The translations under genes and the position numbers were made by a program. Below are positions 24,233 to 37,474 of a DNA stretch of 64,000 nucleotides, piece by piece. The notes under the pieces are model-generated. The model had not been told where the DNA came from. It ran no database searches and saw only the letters and a program-made list of their open reading frames with translations. Position 1 is the stretch's first letter, and each line of letters starts with the position of its first letter. The stretch lies in assembly GCA_965113315.1 (NCBI GenBank), contig OZ220372.1; one strand, written 5' to 3'. Source of the DNA: Podarcis vaucheri. Lineage: Eukaryota.

Positions 24233-25341
24233 TCTGTATATCTGTGGTCTATATGTATTACGTGTCTTGAAACAACTATCAAGCCCAGCCTCAAGTCAAA
24301 ATGGCAGTCTGTCAATCTGAGATGGAAGGGGTTGTTTAAGTAAGGCCAAACCAGCAGTAATTGAATATTGGCTGTTCATTGTATGAGAGGTAGTAAGGGG
24401 AAAATATCAGGAAGGGTTAAACTTTTGAGTTTGGGTGATGAAATTCAGAGCATCCATTGATGAAATCAAGAAATTAATACACAATTCATGATATTGAAAT
24501 GAGGTGGGAATCAAGATTTTGCAATATCATAACAGCAATCTGTAAAACTTAAAAAAATCATTTGAAATTGAGTTAATCCCTCTGCAAAATGACCATTATA
24601 CATTTAGGGTGATTTTAAGCACCAAAGTTCTCATGCAGTAACAACTTAATGAATTCAGAATCATTGTGTGGATTTTTCCTTTTAAAAATAAAGATTATAG
24701 GTTGTTGAAAAAAACAAGCCACTGCTGAGTCAAAATTAGTGTAACTGTAATACTGTAATTTTAGACATGGAGACTTTGGTTGAGCTAAAATTGTACTATA
24801 ATTAGGTAGGTGGCCAGATTGTTGGTGGGTTTTCCTGCTTAGAAGAAAAATCAGCTTAGCTTTCTTCACACAAGTATGCAACTTCTTCATTCAGGGCAAC
24901 CATTTTGGCTTTTTTGAGAAATATCCCATTGTGCACATCGAGAATATTAACCATAGCCTAGTACAAAAGTTTTTCTTATCTGTGTTGCTAATTCTCTTCA
25001 GTATTTTCCACTTGATTAAATTATTGGTTTTAGGCTAGATAAGAAATATAAAAACTGATCTGCTTAGATTGCATGAATAAATAAACCAGAGCTATTTATA
25101 TACCCATCCTCTGGGAAGCAATTGAAGCAGATGGAGTTAGATAACCAGATGTTCTAGTAATCATTTGCAAGCATTAGTAATGGTTATGAGAACACATCAG
25201 ACATATTAACCCTCACCTATTCATGTTTGAATGCTAAGTTTTGTTTTGTTTTGTTTTTTTAAAAAAACTTAGCTTATACTTAATATGTATGCTTATAATA
25301 CCATTTGATAAAGGTTGTGTAGGTTCACACAGAGTTCTCTA

Positions 25342-25587
25342 CAGTCATACCTCGGGATGAATACGCTTCAGCTTAAATATTTTCGGGTTGCGCTCCACAG
25401 CGACCCGGAAGTAACGGAGTGCGTTACTTCCAGGTTTCACCGCTCGCACATGCGCAGATGCTCAAAATGACGTCACACATGGAAGCGGCGAAACGTGACT
25501 CGCAGACGATCAGTCACGTCTTACGTTCACTTCAGGATGCTAATGGGGCTCCAGAACGGATCCCGTTCGCATCCAGAGGTACCACTG
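25342..25587. mobile_element. MITE, Tc1/mariner (Tigger-like), 246 bp
   Basis: Imperfect TIRs cagtcatacctcgggatg / catccagaggtaccactg flanked by TA; CpG-rich interior. Confidence 0.88.
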
Positions 25588-28500
25588 TATTTCTGATTTG
25601 GACCTCTCCAAATCAGTTTGGAGGGGGAGAATGTGGTTCTCTAATTTGGTTTCCTCCCATCTTTTCTGATTTGGAGGGTGTGGATCCCTGAAGCAGAACG
25701 TGCGCGGAGAGCAACTATGCTCTTTCCTGTCACTTTGGGCTGGTATTTTCTCTGATTGATCTTGCTTTCCTTCAGCTTGGTCCTTGGGAAACTTTAAAAC
25801 ACATGACAGGTCCAAGTTGCTGTCCTTTTTTTTTCTTCCTGTCACCTGAAACCACTTTGTCCTTCATCCGTCTTGCCCAGTGCATTTTCTTCTGCAGCAG
25901 TTCTAAAGCATCAGAAGTGGAAGCTTGGGCTCATTTGTACTTTTAAAACAGCACTTGTTATTGTTTGGCATTAATATAATATCATGAGAATACAAGTCCC
26001 TACCCCAGAGAGTTTGCGATCTAAGGAGAGAGGAACAAGGGAGGAAAAAAGAGGAAATTGAGGCAATTAAACAGGAGAAGAATAGGCAATCTTCACCAGA
26101 TGTTGCATCCGATAAGTTGGACTGTGGTCCGCAGATGTATATGTCATAATAAATTTATTAGTCCTCTGACACCTTCAGTACAATTTTTTTTTGGCAATTA
26201 TTTCAGTTTCATATACTTAGATTTAGCTACAGTAGAATAACATACCGGTAATATGTTTAGAGCTGCTACCATCACTTGAGTAGTGTTGCAGTTTAACTGT
26301 AATTGGACTTGTTATAGTTGTAATGACAGAGAGGCAATCTATAAAACTTAAAATAAATTTATACTTAAATAGCATTTCCCCCAATTGCTCAAATCACACT
26401 TACTCAGTAATCCTTATAATGATCCAGTAAACTAGTCCAGTGTTCTTAACTCCATGTTATAGATGGAGGACGGGATTTTGAGGGATCCTGACTTGACTGA
26501 GGCCACTTTGGAAGTTTGTAGTTGAGCTAAGATTTGAACCCAGGTTTCCTAGCCTGTAGTTCATGCTTTCAACTACAACATACTATTCTAGGTTGGACTG
26601 GATCGCATATCCCATACATACTGTGCCAGAGAGATGTGCAGATCTCCACTCTATTCTGCACCAGCATTTTAAGCAAACCCACTCCAAACACACAGAGCCT
26701 TCATTTATTTATGTTTCGTAAGTTACAAACTGTTTTTCTATCCCTGGCAGAGGCTTGCTATTCTGGTATTATAAAAATTCTGTTTTTCAGCATCCTTTTT
26801 ATTGCTTTTGCTGGAGGATAAAAGACCAATTTCACCTTTGTTGCAAGCAACAGAGCATTCTAATTGAATAAGCATTCTAATTGAAGGCCTAGGATAAAAG
26901 AGTCTTCTTTTATTTATTGTTTCCTTTTTATTTTCTATGTGAAAATAAAAATAGATGCAGGAGGCAAAGAAATCTGTGGACAAAAACTCATCTAAAGGGA
27001 ATTTATAATACAATGTTGGTACAGTAAATAAATTCAGTATAAAAGTGGTTGTGTACATATCTACTAGAAATAATACCTGCCCATAATTCACTTAAAATTA
27101 GGCAGTTTTATCTGTGGTATAGATTGGTAAGAGGTTTTCTGACGGAATAGGGGGATCCAATTCTTTTAAAGAGTTTTCCCCTTAGTAGAGAAAAGTCTCA
27201 AAGCTTGCCTCAGTGTGGGTAATAGAGAGCAATCACTGGCCTCTTGCTACAGTACACTTTGAATGGAGTCACCATCTATTTATTGTCTGGCTGTGGGTAG
27301 AGCCAGGCCATGTCATAGACCAACAGCAGGAGGGGGCTGTATATAAAACATAGAACTTATGCTTTGGGAAGAAAGCACTGAGCCACAAAGCTGGATCTTG
27401 ATTTGGGAACCATTGTTTTCAGGAAGCCACAATTGCACCTGCACTGGGCTTCTTGTCACAGATATTCCTTAATTTTGGATATACTCCCGTCAGTTTCTTC
27501 TCTCTCGTTTCACCATTCCCAACCTTGGTTCCACCACTGCCAGTTGTGTTCCGAGGTTGATGCTGTGAACCAGTCAGTAGTGGTTGGTTTGCCTTTCTTT
27601 TCTCCAGCGAAACTAGTATTTCTACTAAGCATTGTGTCTACATGGATTTGATTGGTTTCCACAGGTCTTGCATAGATCTGGTGGACTGTACATGCAGGCA
27701 GCGACCATTTTAGATGTGTCAGATATGTGTGTGACCATGCCGAACCTGGAAGTGACCCAAAAGCATCACACAAAGGGGCAGAGTAGGGGGTGGGCAGGGG
27801 TGGAGGCAGAACTGGGTGTTTACAGGCTTTTTCAGAGGTGTTTCAAATATATGTGATTTCACTTAAACACATGGTCCCTTGGAAGGTAACCCCCCACGTA
27901 AATTGGGAGTTGTTTGTAGTCTCAAATGATGACCATAATACTATAATAAAGATAAGACTATACATGAGTAAATATAGCACACTCTAGAGCATCTATTTGT
28001 ATAGATGCCTTTAAGAGCATGGCAATTAATATAGTACTTTTAGATATTACTTAGATCCAGATATATTAAAACTTGCTGTGGCCTTTGAGCATGAAAGTTA
28101 AGATGACCAAACCGTATGATACTGTGAATTTCATTCTGCTGAATTTCATACAATACTTGTACAGTTACATTTTCTGTCATGGGTACTAGCATACCGAAAT
28201 GCCCTCATATATTAGAAACTTTTCACCCAAAAGTGTATTTGGTCAAGAATGGCTTGTACTTTCTGTATTGCAGAAGATTTATGTTTAGGCATTAATAGCA
28301 TGGTCCTTTTAGTCTAGCCTGCCTTGCAGGCTGCACGCTCACTTTGGAAAAATAGTGTCATTTTCCTTCAATGTTACCATTAAAGACAGCCGTAAGAAAC
28401 ATGGCTTGAATACTTAGCATTCTGCTGTTGTACGTGATAGCTTTTGTTTTGGGCCAGGCATTCATTGTGATTGCCGCACTCACACAGGGGGCATTGGCAG

Positions 28501-29420
28501 GCGCATGAACTGCAAATTTGTGTGTTCGCCTTCATGTATTAAACAGCTTCTCTATTGAAGAGGCATCATTAGCTACTCCACACTTCATAGTGCTTTGAGG
28601 TAGAGTTAAAAGCAAGATTAAAACCCTTTTCTCCATTCCAGTGATTAACTGTAATATCCAGATTTAATGCAGCTATTCAGGAGACAATTGAATCCTTCAT
28701 AATATTTGTTTAGTGAAGTATTTCTGTTGATGAGTGGTGGGGGGATTCACAACACTGTTCCAGTCTGCTGAGATACTTCACCCAGCATTTGTAAGAAGAG
28801 AACCATGGGCAGTCTAAGCTCACAAAGACTGTTGATCTGAGATGCTCCCTGCTGACATTTGGTGAGGGATGGATGAATGAATGCAGAGGGCACTGCAGAG
28901 ATGGCAGAGGATTAGATGCTTGCAGTGGTATTCCTTGCTGATTGCCAAGGATTCGCTTCAGTTTTTACCGACTGAACTACATGATACAGTTTAGATGAGC
29001 TCTTCCAACTCCTGAAGGCTATTTCTGTTTGCACAAATGCTGTCTGTGTGTTCAACATTCAGTCAAGAATCCTAGCAGGCAACAAATCTTGAGGAGGGAA
29101 TAGACAATGATGGGCTGGGCCTCCCTCCCTCATCCTTCATAAAGTGGACTTCCAGCAAGTTCTCAGCCATTGTTTTCTCATGGGCTAGTTTTGCTCCTTG
29201 GGGTCCAAAGGCATGGTCTTTGGCTCCCTAAAGACCTGTTATGAAATTTGGAAGCTTATTGTTCTAAAATGGTGGAGTCGCTGAATTTGCCCTGAATTTC
29301 CTCCACAATAATTTTAAGCACCTGGAAAAAGTTTTAAGTGCAAATGTCTGTTTCAGTGTTCTAGAATACAGTGCAGCAGCAGTTTGCTAGCTTAGTCAAC
29401 CATTTGTATGTTATTCCTAG

Positions 29421-29521
29421 ATGAAAAAGAAGAGGGGATATTGGGGAGCATACTTCTTCCCAGCTTTCAGATATCTATGCTTTCTTCTGAAGATCACATC
29501 AATCGCAAATATGCTTTTAAG
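29421..29521 (+). CDS. PLEKHA5: PLEKHA5 coding exon (DEKEEGILGSILLPSFQISMLSSEDHINRKYAFK; PH domain)
   Basis: ttcctag| ... |gtaaga; 101 bp, phase 1-0. Confidence 0.97.
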
Positions 29522-31082
29522 GTAAGAATATTATTTATCCTTTGGTCTGTGGTGTGCAGGTGATCAAGAAACCATGATTGTGAACACATTCACTGTTGAT
29601 TTCAGGTTAGGCAAAAGCTGACACAGATTGAAGACTACCCCAATACCATAATTTATTCTCTAGAGAGCTACAAGAACAAACCATCATTTGTAAAGGCAGT
29701 AAATTTCACTATTTAGTGTTATCAACATTAGTGGCTCCTCCAATGTGACTGCATATTTTACAGCTTTTTGTTTCAAAGATCCTGCTTCTTTAGTTTAGGT
29801 GTACTCTTTGATGGTGTGGGAAATGAGCAGTTCAGTCAATTTTGTGTCTCAAGATGATGCCTACACATAATCACATTTTTGCAGCTTCTTCCATCAGCAA
29901 CCTCCACGATCTAGAAGTTGTACTGGGTCATTTTTGTCAGTATTGAAATCTATCACTTGAAGCCCTAAATATGTGCACACACTTCTTCCCATCCTTGTGT
30001 TACCCTTTTAGAGAAGGTTTGTTCACCCTCTGTTTCTACCTTCTTTTGGATTTCTTTGTAACCCACCTGAAACTGGATGGTTGTAGCCTTAACAGTACTA
30101 GAAGTCCCCTCATTCCCTGGAGAAATGTATGTGTTTGCAGGCAACCTTATATCCTCTGCCATGTTGGCGTGTCTCAATGGAATTCAGTTATCTCACTGCC
30201 TTAGCATCCCATTCATTGATATCTTCCTTTCTCTGCTCTCTGGGAGCTTTTTGAGTCTCCATGGAACAATTGGGCATACAAGTGACACCAGGTGCGAATG
30301 AAACTCATGGGCCATCTTCTCACTATATGAAGTCTAATCTGCCTTCCTAGGCATAGTTTACTACTTGCCCCCTGTGCCTCTATTTTTGTAGAAGGGCTGC
30401 TTAAAAGATTTTGCTTGTAATCTATAGTTCTGTGAGCATTTGCTAGTTACTTGCCAACTTGGACAAGACCAAAGTAATTAATAGCAGCTTTAAGTTGTGC
30501 CCTTGAACACTAATTTCATTTTTACAAGGTTTATTTTATTTAATGTATGCTGGATGAATTGTAGCTGCTCTTCTGTTAAACAAACTCGCCTAACTTTACA
30601 TTTTGTTTCTTGGATTTGAACTTCTTTGGGCTCCTGTTGATGATGAGTACACTAAACTGCACTGCATGTTTTAATGGGTGAGTACATAATTTAGAACCTG
30701 CTATTTTGTCCTGACTCCCAAGCATCTGAGCTAATATATTTCTATAATCTGTGCTTCTCAGATGCCAACAGTGAATTTTTATTCTGTAATTCGTAGAAAT
30801 CACTTGGAAGCGCAGCAGGTGCACAGTGAAACAACAAGGCGTACAAATTTAATTCTGATATGTTTTTCCCCTAGTATAATTGCCGCAAAAGATGAGCATG
30901 ATGTTGAATAACATTGTATTAGTTACCGTGTGATGAGTTTCTAGAGGCAGCCTGAATAAATCTTAAAACCAATGAATTACTTATTAAGGAAACCACTAAT
31001 ATTCTTCTATTTGTTTTCTTCTCGCTCCCTTACAGACTATCGTACCTTCCCCCACCACAATGACCATGTCATTTCCAATCAG

Positions 31083-31198
31083 GCAGCTCATCCAAACATG
31101 AGGACCTATTATTTCTGCACAGATACAGGGAAGGAAATGGAATTATGGATGAAAGCCATGATAGATGCAGCTCTTGTACAGACAGAGCCTGTGAAAAG
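31083..31198 (+). CDS. PLEKHA5: PLEKHA5 coding exon (AAHPNMRTYYFCTDTGKEMELWMKAMIDAALVQTEPVKR; end of PH domain)
   Basis: aatcag| ... |gtaaca; 116 bp, phase 0-2; C-terminal PH helix with conserved W. Confidence 0.96.
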
Positions 31199-32384
31199 GT
31201 AACACAGGTTGACAGTGCTGTAGCATCTGTGTTAGTTTATACTACCAGACTTTTATCTTTCTGTCTTGTGTAGCTATGTCTCGACAAATGAGTCATGCTA
31301 ATTCTGATAGATACTTAATTGCTTTGTCAGGCATCAACATTTTAGAATTACATTTTTCAGTTAAAAGATGACTCCCCTATGTCAACCTTCAAGGTCATGT
31401 TTAGGGGTGTGTTACTACATCTCCAGCTTTTGAAAACTTCCTAGCAAGCCATACTTGGAACAATGGGCTTTTCCCTCCATCTCGATCAAGGTCCAGTGCT
31501 TTTCAAGAGACTTGTATGAGCAGGCAGCACTTGTTCAAAAGTATTTACTGGAGCTGGGGAAGCAGACAAGTGTACATCCAACTGAACAGCACAATTTGTG
31601 GCTTACATAGTTAGAGTTTGACTCCATTGTGTCAATAATGAGATGATGAATTGTAAGAGGTGATAAGCTGATTTGAATGACCCATAGTACTGTATTATAG
31701 AATGATTTTATGTAGCATTAACGCTTTACAATAAGCTGATAAAGAGTTAATGATGGGGTAACTTCCCATGACTATTGTAGTACATTATACCTCATCCATT
31801 GCATTGCTCACATGATTTTAGCTTGTAAAAACAAGACTTTTAATTATAAATATAAAGGTTTCTATGGGCTGAAGTCCTCCATGGCTTGAGGACAAGAGCC
31901 TGTGGAGTTAGAAATGTGCTGGACCAGATAGTTGAAACCTTTAACCTACCCCATTCAAAAAATTCAAACAATAAATTAAAAATAGTTAATAGTTCTGGAG
32001 AAAATGCCTTAAGCAATCCCACCTACCATTGAACCCAATGTGTTTTGACTTTTCATGATTTTGGATTTCGGCGCAATCCCTGAAGCGTAATCTTCACGTA
32101 AATTGTAGGCTTAGTGTACTGCATTTTTAATAGTTGAAATAGGTAGTTCTTCCCATGTTAGAATTAGAACATACTGAAAATTGGGTTACATTCTGCTGAC
32201 TACACTTATTTGGAGCCATCTTGAATGAGCCATAACTGAAAATGGTGCTTGGGGAGGAGGGAAGCTGCAACTTGCCTCTTTTTCTATTCCCTTTTTTCAT
32301 GCCAAAAAATAACAGCCTGAACATTTGCTGGTGAAACAACATTTCATAGGAAATGTGTCATGTATGACCTCTTGCTTTTCTGAT

Positions 32385-32800
32385 TCTGTCTGGAGAAAGT
32401 GGAAAGGTTTCTCTCTCGCTCATAGTAGTAAAACTTGGGGACATCCAGTGAAGCTGCATATTAGAAGATTCAGGACAAATAAAAGAAAGTACTTCACACA
32501 GCACATGGAATTTGCCCCTCCAAGATGTAGTGATGGCCACCAACCTGGACAGTTTTAAGGGGGATTAGACAGGTTCTTGGAGGACAAGGCTACCAGTGAC
32601 TACTAGCCATAATGGCTAGTATGTTCTGCCTCCACTGCCATTGGCAGTATTCTTCTGAATACCAGTCGCTGTGTACAGAAAGTGTTGTTGCACTCAGATC
32701 CTGCTTGTGGGCTTCCCATGGGCATCTGGCTGTCCATTGTGGGCTGGGCTCTAGAAGAAGGCCTTTAGCCTGAACTAGCAAGGTTCTCCTCTTATTCTTA
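32385..32800 (+). mobile_element. Degraded CR1 LINE 3' fragment (long-UTR type)
   Basis: KTWGHPVKL..RRFRTNKRKYFTQ remnant; gatggccaccaacctggacagttttaagggggattagaca; ends ttattctta. Confidence 0.8.
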
Positions 32801-33829
32801 TCTTTCTGTGCATCTTTAGCAATATAATATATTTTCTAGATCTCTGCTCAGTAGCAATGAATATATATAATACACATGTTATTGAAGCTATTTGGCCTTA
32901 GAGACTTAATTGTAAGTAGTCTCACAGATCGAGGTCTGGTGGAGTTTTTTCTGTTATAAGTAGACTCAGGTTTAATAATGTCCTGAGGGGTCTATTGAGA
33001 ATAATTAATCCTAACTGTTTTAAATAAGCAAAAGCCCATTTAAACTTGTCACTCAAACGATGGAACAAGCTCCCATGTGGTTACAACTTTGATTATTTCC
33101 CTAATTTAGGTCACTCGTAAGAATGCACTGGCATTTTCCAAAACACTGTTGCTTTTCCTTTATCAGTTAAATTAAGCTTTCCTACAACAACTTTCAATGT
33201 TGTGCTGAAATATCAATAAATGATATCCCAAATTCACTGCCTATAATTTTTGGTATTTTTTGCGTCATATGCAAGTAAACTATCAAACACTATCTTCTAC
33301 CAGCAAGTTGTATTATTATTGAAATCTCACTGCTTTCCCAGATTGACTGTATCCTAAAACTTTATTCCATTAAGAATGGAATAAAGAATAAAGGGACATA
33401 ACGTCAGTGGAGGACAGGGGGAGTGTAATGCATGCTAGGAATTCAGGCTTTGAAGGAAGCATCAGAATGACATAAGCATAACAGCAGAAAATACCGTATT
33501 TTTCTCTCTATAACACGCAGATTTTTTCTCCTAAAAAGGAAGGGGAAATGTCTGTGCGTGTTATTGAGCGAATGTGTGGTCCCTGGAGCCGAAAAATTAG
33601 GCAAAAATCAAATCGCGCTTCACGGAGAAGGGAAACCTGAAAAGAGGAAGTGGTTGCTTTCCTGCATTCTGCCTCAGGGTCTTACTGCCCACCCTCCACT
33701 GTTTCGTTGCTGTGTTTGCTCAAACGGAACAAAGAGCAGGGAAAGCCCCTCCCCTCCAGGCAAGCAGAGGGGAAAGCAGACTGTCGCTCCTTCCTCTCTG
33801 TGCTCCGGTGCTGCTGAAAACATGCAGGT

Positions 33830-33831
<2 letters not shown>

Positions 33832-33870
<39 letters not shown>
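33832..33870. repeat. (GA)n microsatellite inside the transposon
   Basis: Directly visible. Confidence 0.97.
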
Positions 33871-33872
<2 letters not shown>

Positions 33873-33983
33873 GGCTGGCTTGGGTGGGTGCGTGGGGGAA
33901 ACTTTTGCCTTCCTTTCCTCCCTCCCGTTATACCCCACTCCTGCATTCTTAGCCCTTCTGTGTTTTTCCTTCCCTCCCCACTT

Positions 33984-34705
33984 AAAATGTGGTTAAAAAG
34001 CATGGATCCACATGGATCCTCAGGATTTTTGCACTGGGTCACCCCAAATTCACCATCAGAGCACATAGCATGTCCATGGCTACAGCCTGCCCCCCAAAAA
34101 TCATGCACCCACTGTTGCCTGGGGCTGCAATGGTGCAAAAATGTGGTTAAAAAGCATGGATCCACATGGATCCTCAGGATCTTTGCATTGGGTCACCCCC
34201 AAATTCACCACCAGAGAACATAGCATGTCCATGGCTACAGCCTGCCCCCCCCCAAATCACGCACCCACTGTTGCCTGGGGCTGCAACGGTGCAAAAATGT
34301 GGTTAAAAAGCATGGATCCACATGGATCCTCAGGATCTTTGCATTGGGTCACCCCCAAATTCACCACCAGAGAACATAGCATGTCCATGGCTACAGCCTG
34401 CCCCCCCCCAAATCACGCACCCACTGTTGCCTGGGGCTGCAACGGTGCAAAAATGTGGTTAAAAAGCATGGATCCACATGGATCCTCAGGATCTTTGCAT
34501 TGGGTCACCCCCAAATTCACCACCAGAGAACATAGCATGTCCATGGCTACAGCCTGCCCCCCCCCCAAATCACGCACCCACTGTTGTTTGGGGCTGCAAT
34601 GGTGCAAAAACGTGGTTACAAAGCATGGATCCACATGGATCCTCAGGATCTTTGCATTGGGTCAGCCCTAATTCACCATCAGATCACATGTCTGTGGCCA
34701 CAGCA
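33984..34705. repeat. About 156-bp tandem repeat, about 4.6 units
   Basis: atgtggttaaaaagcatggatccacatggatcc recurs at 33987, 34141, 34297, 34453 and about 34610. Confidence 0.95.
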
Positions 34706-35999
34706 TGAAGCACAAAAATGATACATCCAATGTTTCATTCAGAATGTTTTTTCCCTTGTTTTCCTCCTCTAAAAACGATGTGCGTGTTATGGTCAGGTGC
34801 GTGTTATAGAGCGAAAAATACGGTACATGATTTTAGCATATGTCTTTTGAAATTCAGTTTAAGGAAAAGATGATGACAGGGGGGCAAGTCCCGCAAGGAA
34901 TAGGCTGCAGCAATCTAGAATTTAGACCTATAGTTTTGAAATCCTTTTCTGGTGAAACTGGGGTTTCTCAATGAAAAGGCTACGAGCAGACAGCCTTCCA
35001 TGACTCAGAGCTTGTTTTCCATTACAGATCCCCTCCTGTAATTTGTAGTTGCAGGAAAGTTGTGGTTGTGACCCAAGTCTCATTCATGGAGAAAGAATGA
35101 TATCAATGTTTTAGGCATGAGTAGGCAGATAGATGAAGAACAAAGGACAGTATTGTGATGTAAAAAGAGTTGCTTTAAAAGGAATCAAGCCCATATGATG
35201 TATAAAAGAAATGGTAATTTGAATTCTGTATAAGACTGTAAATGTCTAGGATTGCTTAGACTTTAAGATGAGATAAAATCAGGGTCCCCAAACAGGGGCT
35301 TGTTCCATGAATCCTTTTGGGGTGGGGATTATTTCAAAATGCTTCAAAATGGAATAGAACACTGGTTACCATTGGTTACCTGACAGCTTTAAGCAAATCA
35401 TGATCTTTGATTTTTAATATCTGTGTGTTCTTATTATGTATAGATACTGTTCTACATTGTTTTGATATTTATATGATATAGCACTGTATAAACAAATAAA
35501 TCATCACCTAGGCATTGGAAAGTTTAGGGGAAGAGAATTTAATTTGTTTGGAAACTCAAGTCCTCCCTACCTACTCTAAAAAAACTATAGCATTGGCAGT
35601 GGGCATTCACCCCGCCCTCCCCAGTAACTTGGACCAATAAGACTCCTCAGGCTGTAAAAGAAAAAGCTTGAAAAAAGCCAGTTAGAAAAGCATGAATGAA
35701 GTTGTGTTGATGGTGAGTAAAGTGTTGCGCTGCAGTAAGGTTAGCATTTCAAATTGGAAGTAAGGTGGGAGAGAGATTCCATGTGGTCAGAATCCATGGT
35801 GCTTCTTGATAAGGCTAGATGAATGATAATGTTCCCTTAATATTTGGGGGAGGCAATAGTAGCTAAAGACATTAAGCAGACCTACCAACAGGCAGGCTTG
35901 CTAGAATAGGCAGTATGGGGGGGTAGAGAGTGTGGTGCTAATTAGGTTAAAACCACCAGCAAATCCTTGCCACCAGGATTTCTCAATAGATGAATGAGT

Positions 36000-36830
36000 C
36001 TGTGTGAAAAGGGTTAATTGAAGGCAGGACATTTGAAAACAATTCGTTAGAGATTAACTTTGGCCAGTAATGAAGTGGGAGAATGTATCTGGTGACAGGT
36101 AAAGATTGCCCCCCCCCCCTCAGTGAATGAGAAGTGGAAATAACAGTGGCAACAGGAGAGGAGAGAGTTGGAGCATAAATATACTTGTCTTCATACCCAT
36201 ATTATTTTTGAAATGTCAGGCAGCTAGGAAGAACAATTGACTTGACAGTTCAGTGGGATTGGGCAAGGTGAGAGATTAGTTTAGGAAAAACGTAATCCAC
36301 TTGAAGATGGTAGCTGAGACTTTAGCAGATATGAAAATTGTTGAGAGCTCTGATGGATTCCTACGGAGATTGGGAAAGATGAAAAGGTACAGGACAACAA
36401 TTAGCAGTTATAACAGGAGAACCAGAAAAAGGGCAGTGTCCTAGATCTCAAGGGGAAGGAGTGAAAGTGAAATAAGATATAAAGAACAGGCAGAACAGAC
36501 TTGGAAGATAAGAACATGACCAAAATGTAAAGGAGATGAAATCAGGAGCTGAATGCAGGATTTCTTAGGAGGAGGAAGGTGTTTCAAAAGTAGGAACAAC
36601 AAGATTGAAATTTTAAGCAGAAAGGAGGAGCCAGCTGACACAATGTATGTGAGTAAAATAGATTGGTGGGAGAGAGGGAGAACCTAGCAGGTTGTGGGAC
36701 TGGGACTGGAGAGAGGATTGGCCTACTTAAATGCAGTATACTAGTTGGAAGACGAGAATGAAAGAAAAAGTGGGATGGTGGCGAAAGCAAGCCTCTAAAA
36801 TTTAATAAGAGCAGTGGATCTGCCAACATC
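36000..36830 (-). mobile_element. Ancient L2-like LINE remnant (approximate ends)
   Basis: Purine-rich tract with cttgaagatggtagctgaga and ggagaaccagaaaaagggcagtgtc, resembling antisense L2 ORF2. Confidence 0.45.
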
Positions 36831-37474
36831 TGAATGGGTAAATTCAGGGTAAATATGCTAACAGTGCAGCTGTTACTGTTTCTGATAAATACAATTATTT
36901 TACACCACAGTTCAAGTCAGCAGATATTTTCCCCACTGTAATTATAGAAGCCACAAGTGTTTTCCCAAAGATGAATAACTGACATGAAACTTGCCAAATG
37001 AAGCAAATTGATGATGTCAGTGACCATGTAAAGTTTAAAATAGGATAATATTTCCCTTTATCTACTGAATGTCTAGCACAGGAGGTCCAGGAGCTAGACA
37101 GCTCTGTATATTGCTCCATCACAAAAGATGGCTTGAAATTAATGAGGATTTCAGAGGCTTTAAGTGCTAAAAAGAAGTCAAAGTGCGCTTTTTCAACACT
37201 ATGAAGTCTGAAAATTTTGCCTTCAAATTTTTATCCCCTTTCATAGCTGTCAGATTGAATACTGCAGTTGGGGCTGTTCCCTGTGTTAATAGTTATATCA
37301 AACACAGAATTTAAGTAGTAGTAGTTTCTTCTAGTGCTGCATCTCTAAGACAGTGGGTGATGTCCAACATAAGTGATCGAGTAGACCCATAGAAATCAGT
37401 AGGCTTAAGACCACTGATGTCAATGAGTCTGTTCTGAATTATGACTATTCCCCTTCTAAAAACTGCCCAATGTC

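Larger units (their letters stand above)
33494..34823. mobile_element. Non-autonomous Tc1/mariner (Tc2/pogo-like) DNA transposon, 1330 bp
   Basis: TIRs ccgtatttttctctctataacacgca / tgcgtgttatagagcgaaaaatacgg flanked by TA; subterminal inverted ttttcctcct/aaggaagggg segments; no transposase seen. Confidence 0.92.

Noticed and set aside
29965-30300. Minus-strand ORF with RHANMAEDIRLP, resembling an RTE-type ORF C-terminus
   Set aside because: Resemblance too weak to call by eye; at most a decayed LINE fragment
31036-31041. 6-nt microexon ag|ACTATC|gt
   Set aside because: The downstream intron would be only 41 nt, too short for typical vertebrate splicing, and the donor gtacct is weak
33984-34705. 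CRISPR-like regularly spaced repeats
   Set aside because: Whole units repeat with no unique spacers, no cas genes, and the context is a vertebrate intron
33558-34708. ORFs of up to 221 aa, including 52-aa repeats
   Set aside because: Products of the 156-bp array and (GA)n tract; no transposase DDE or HTH motifs seen
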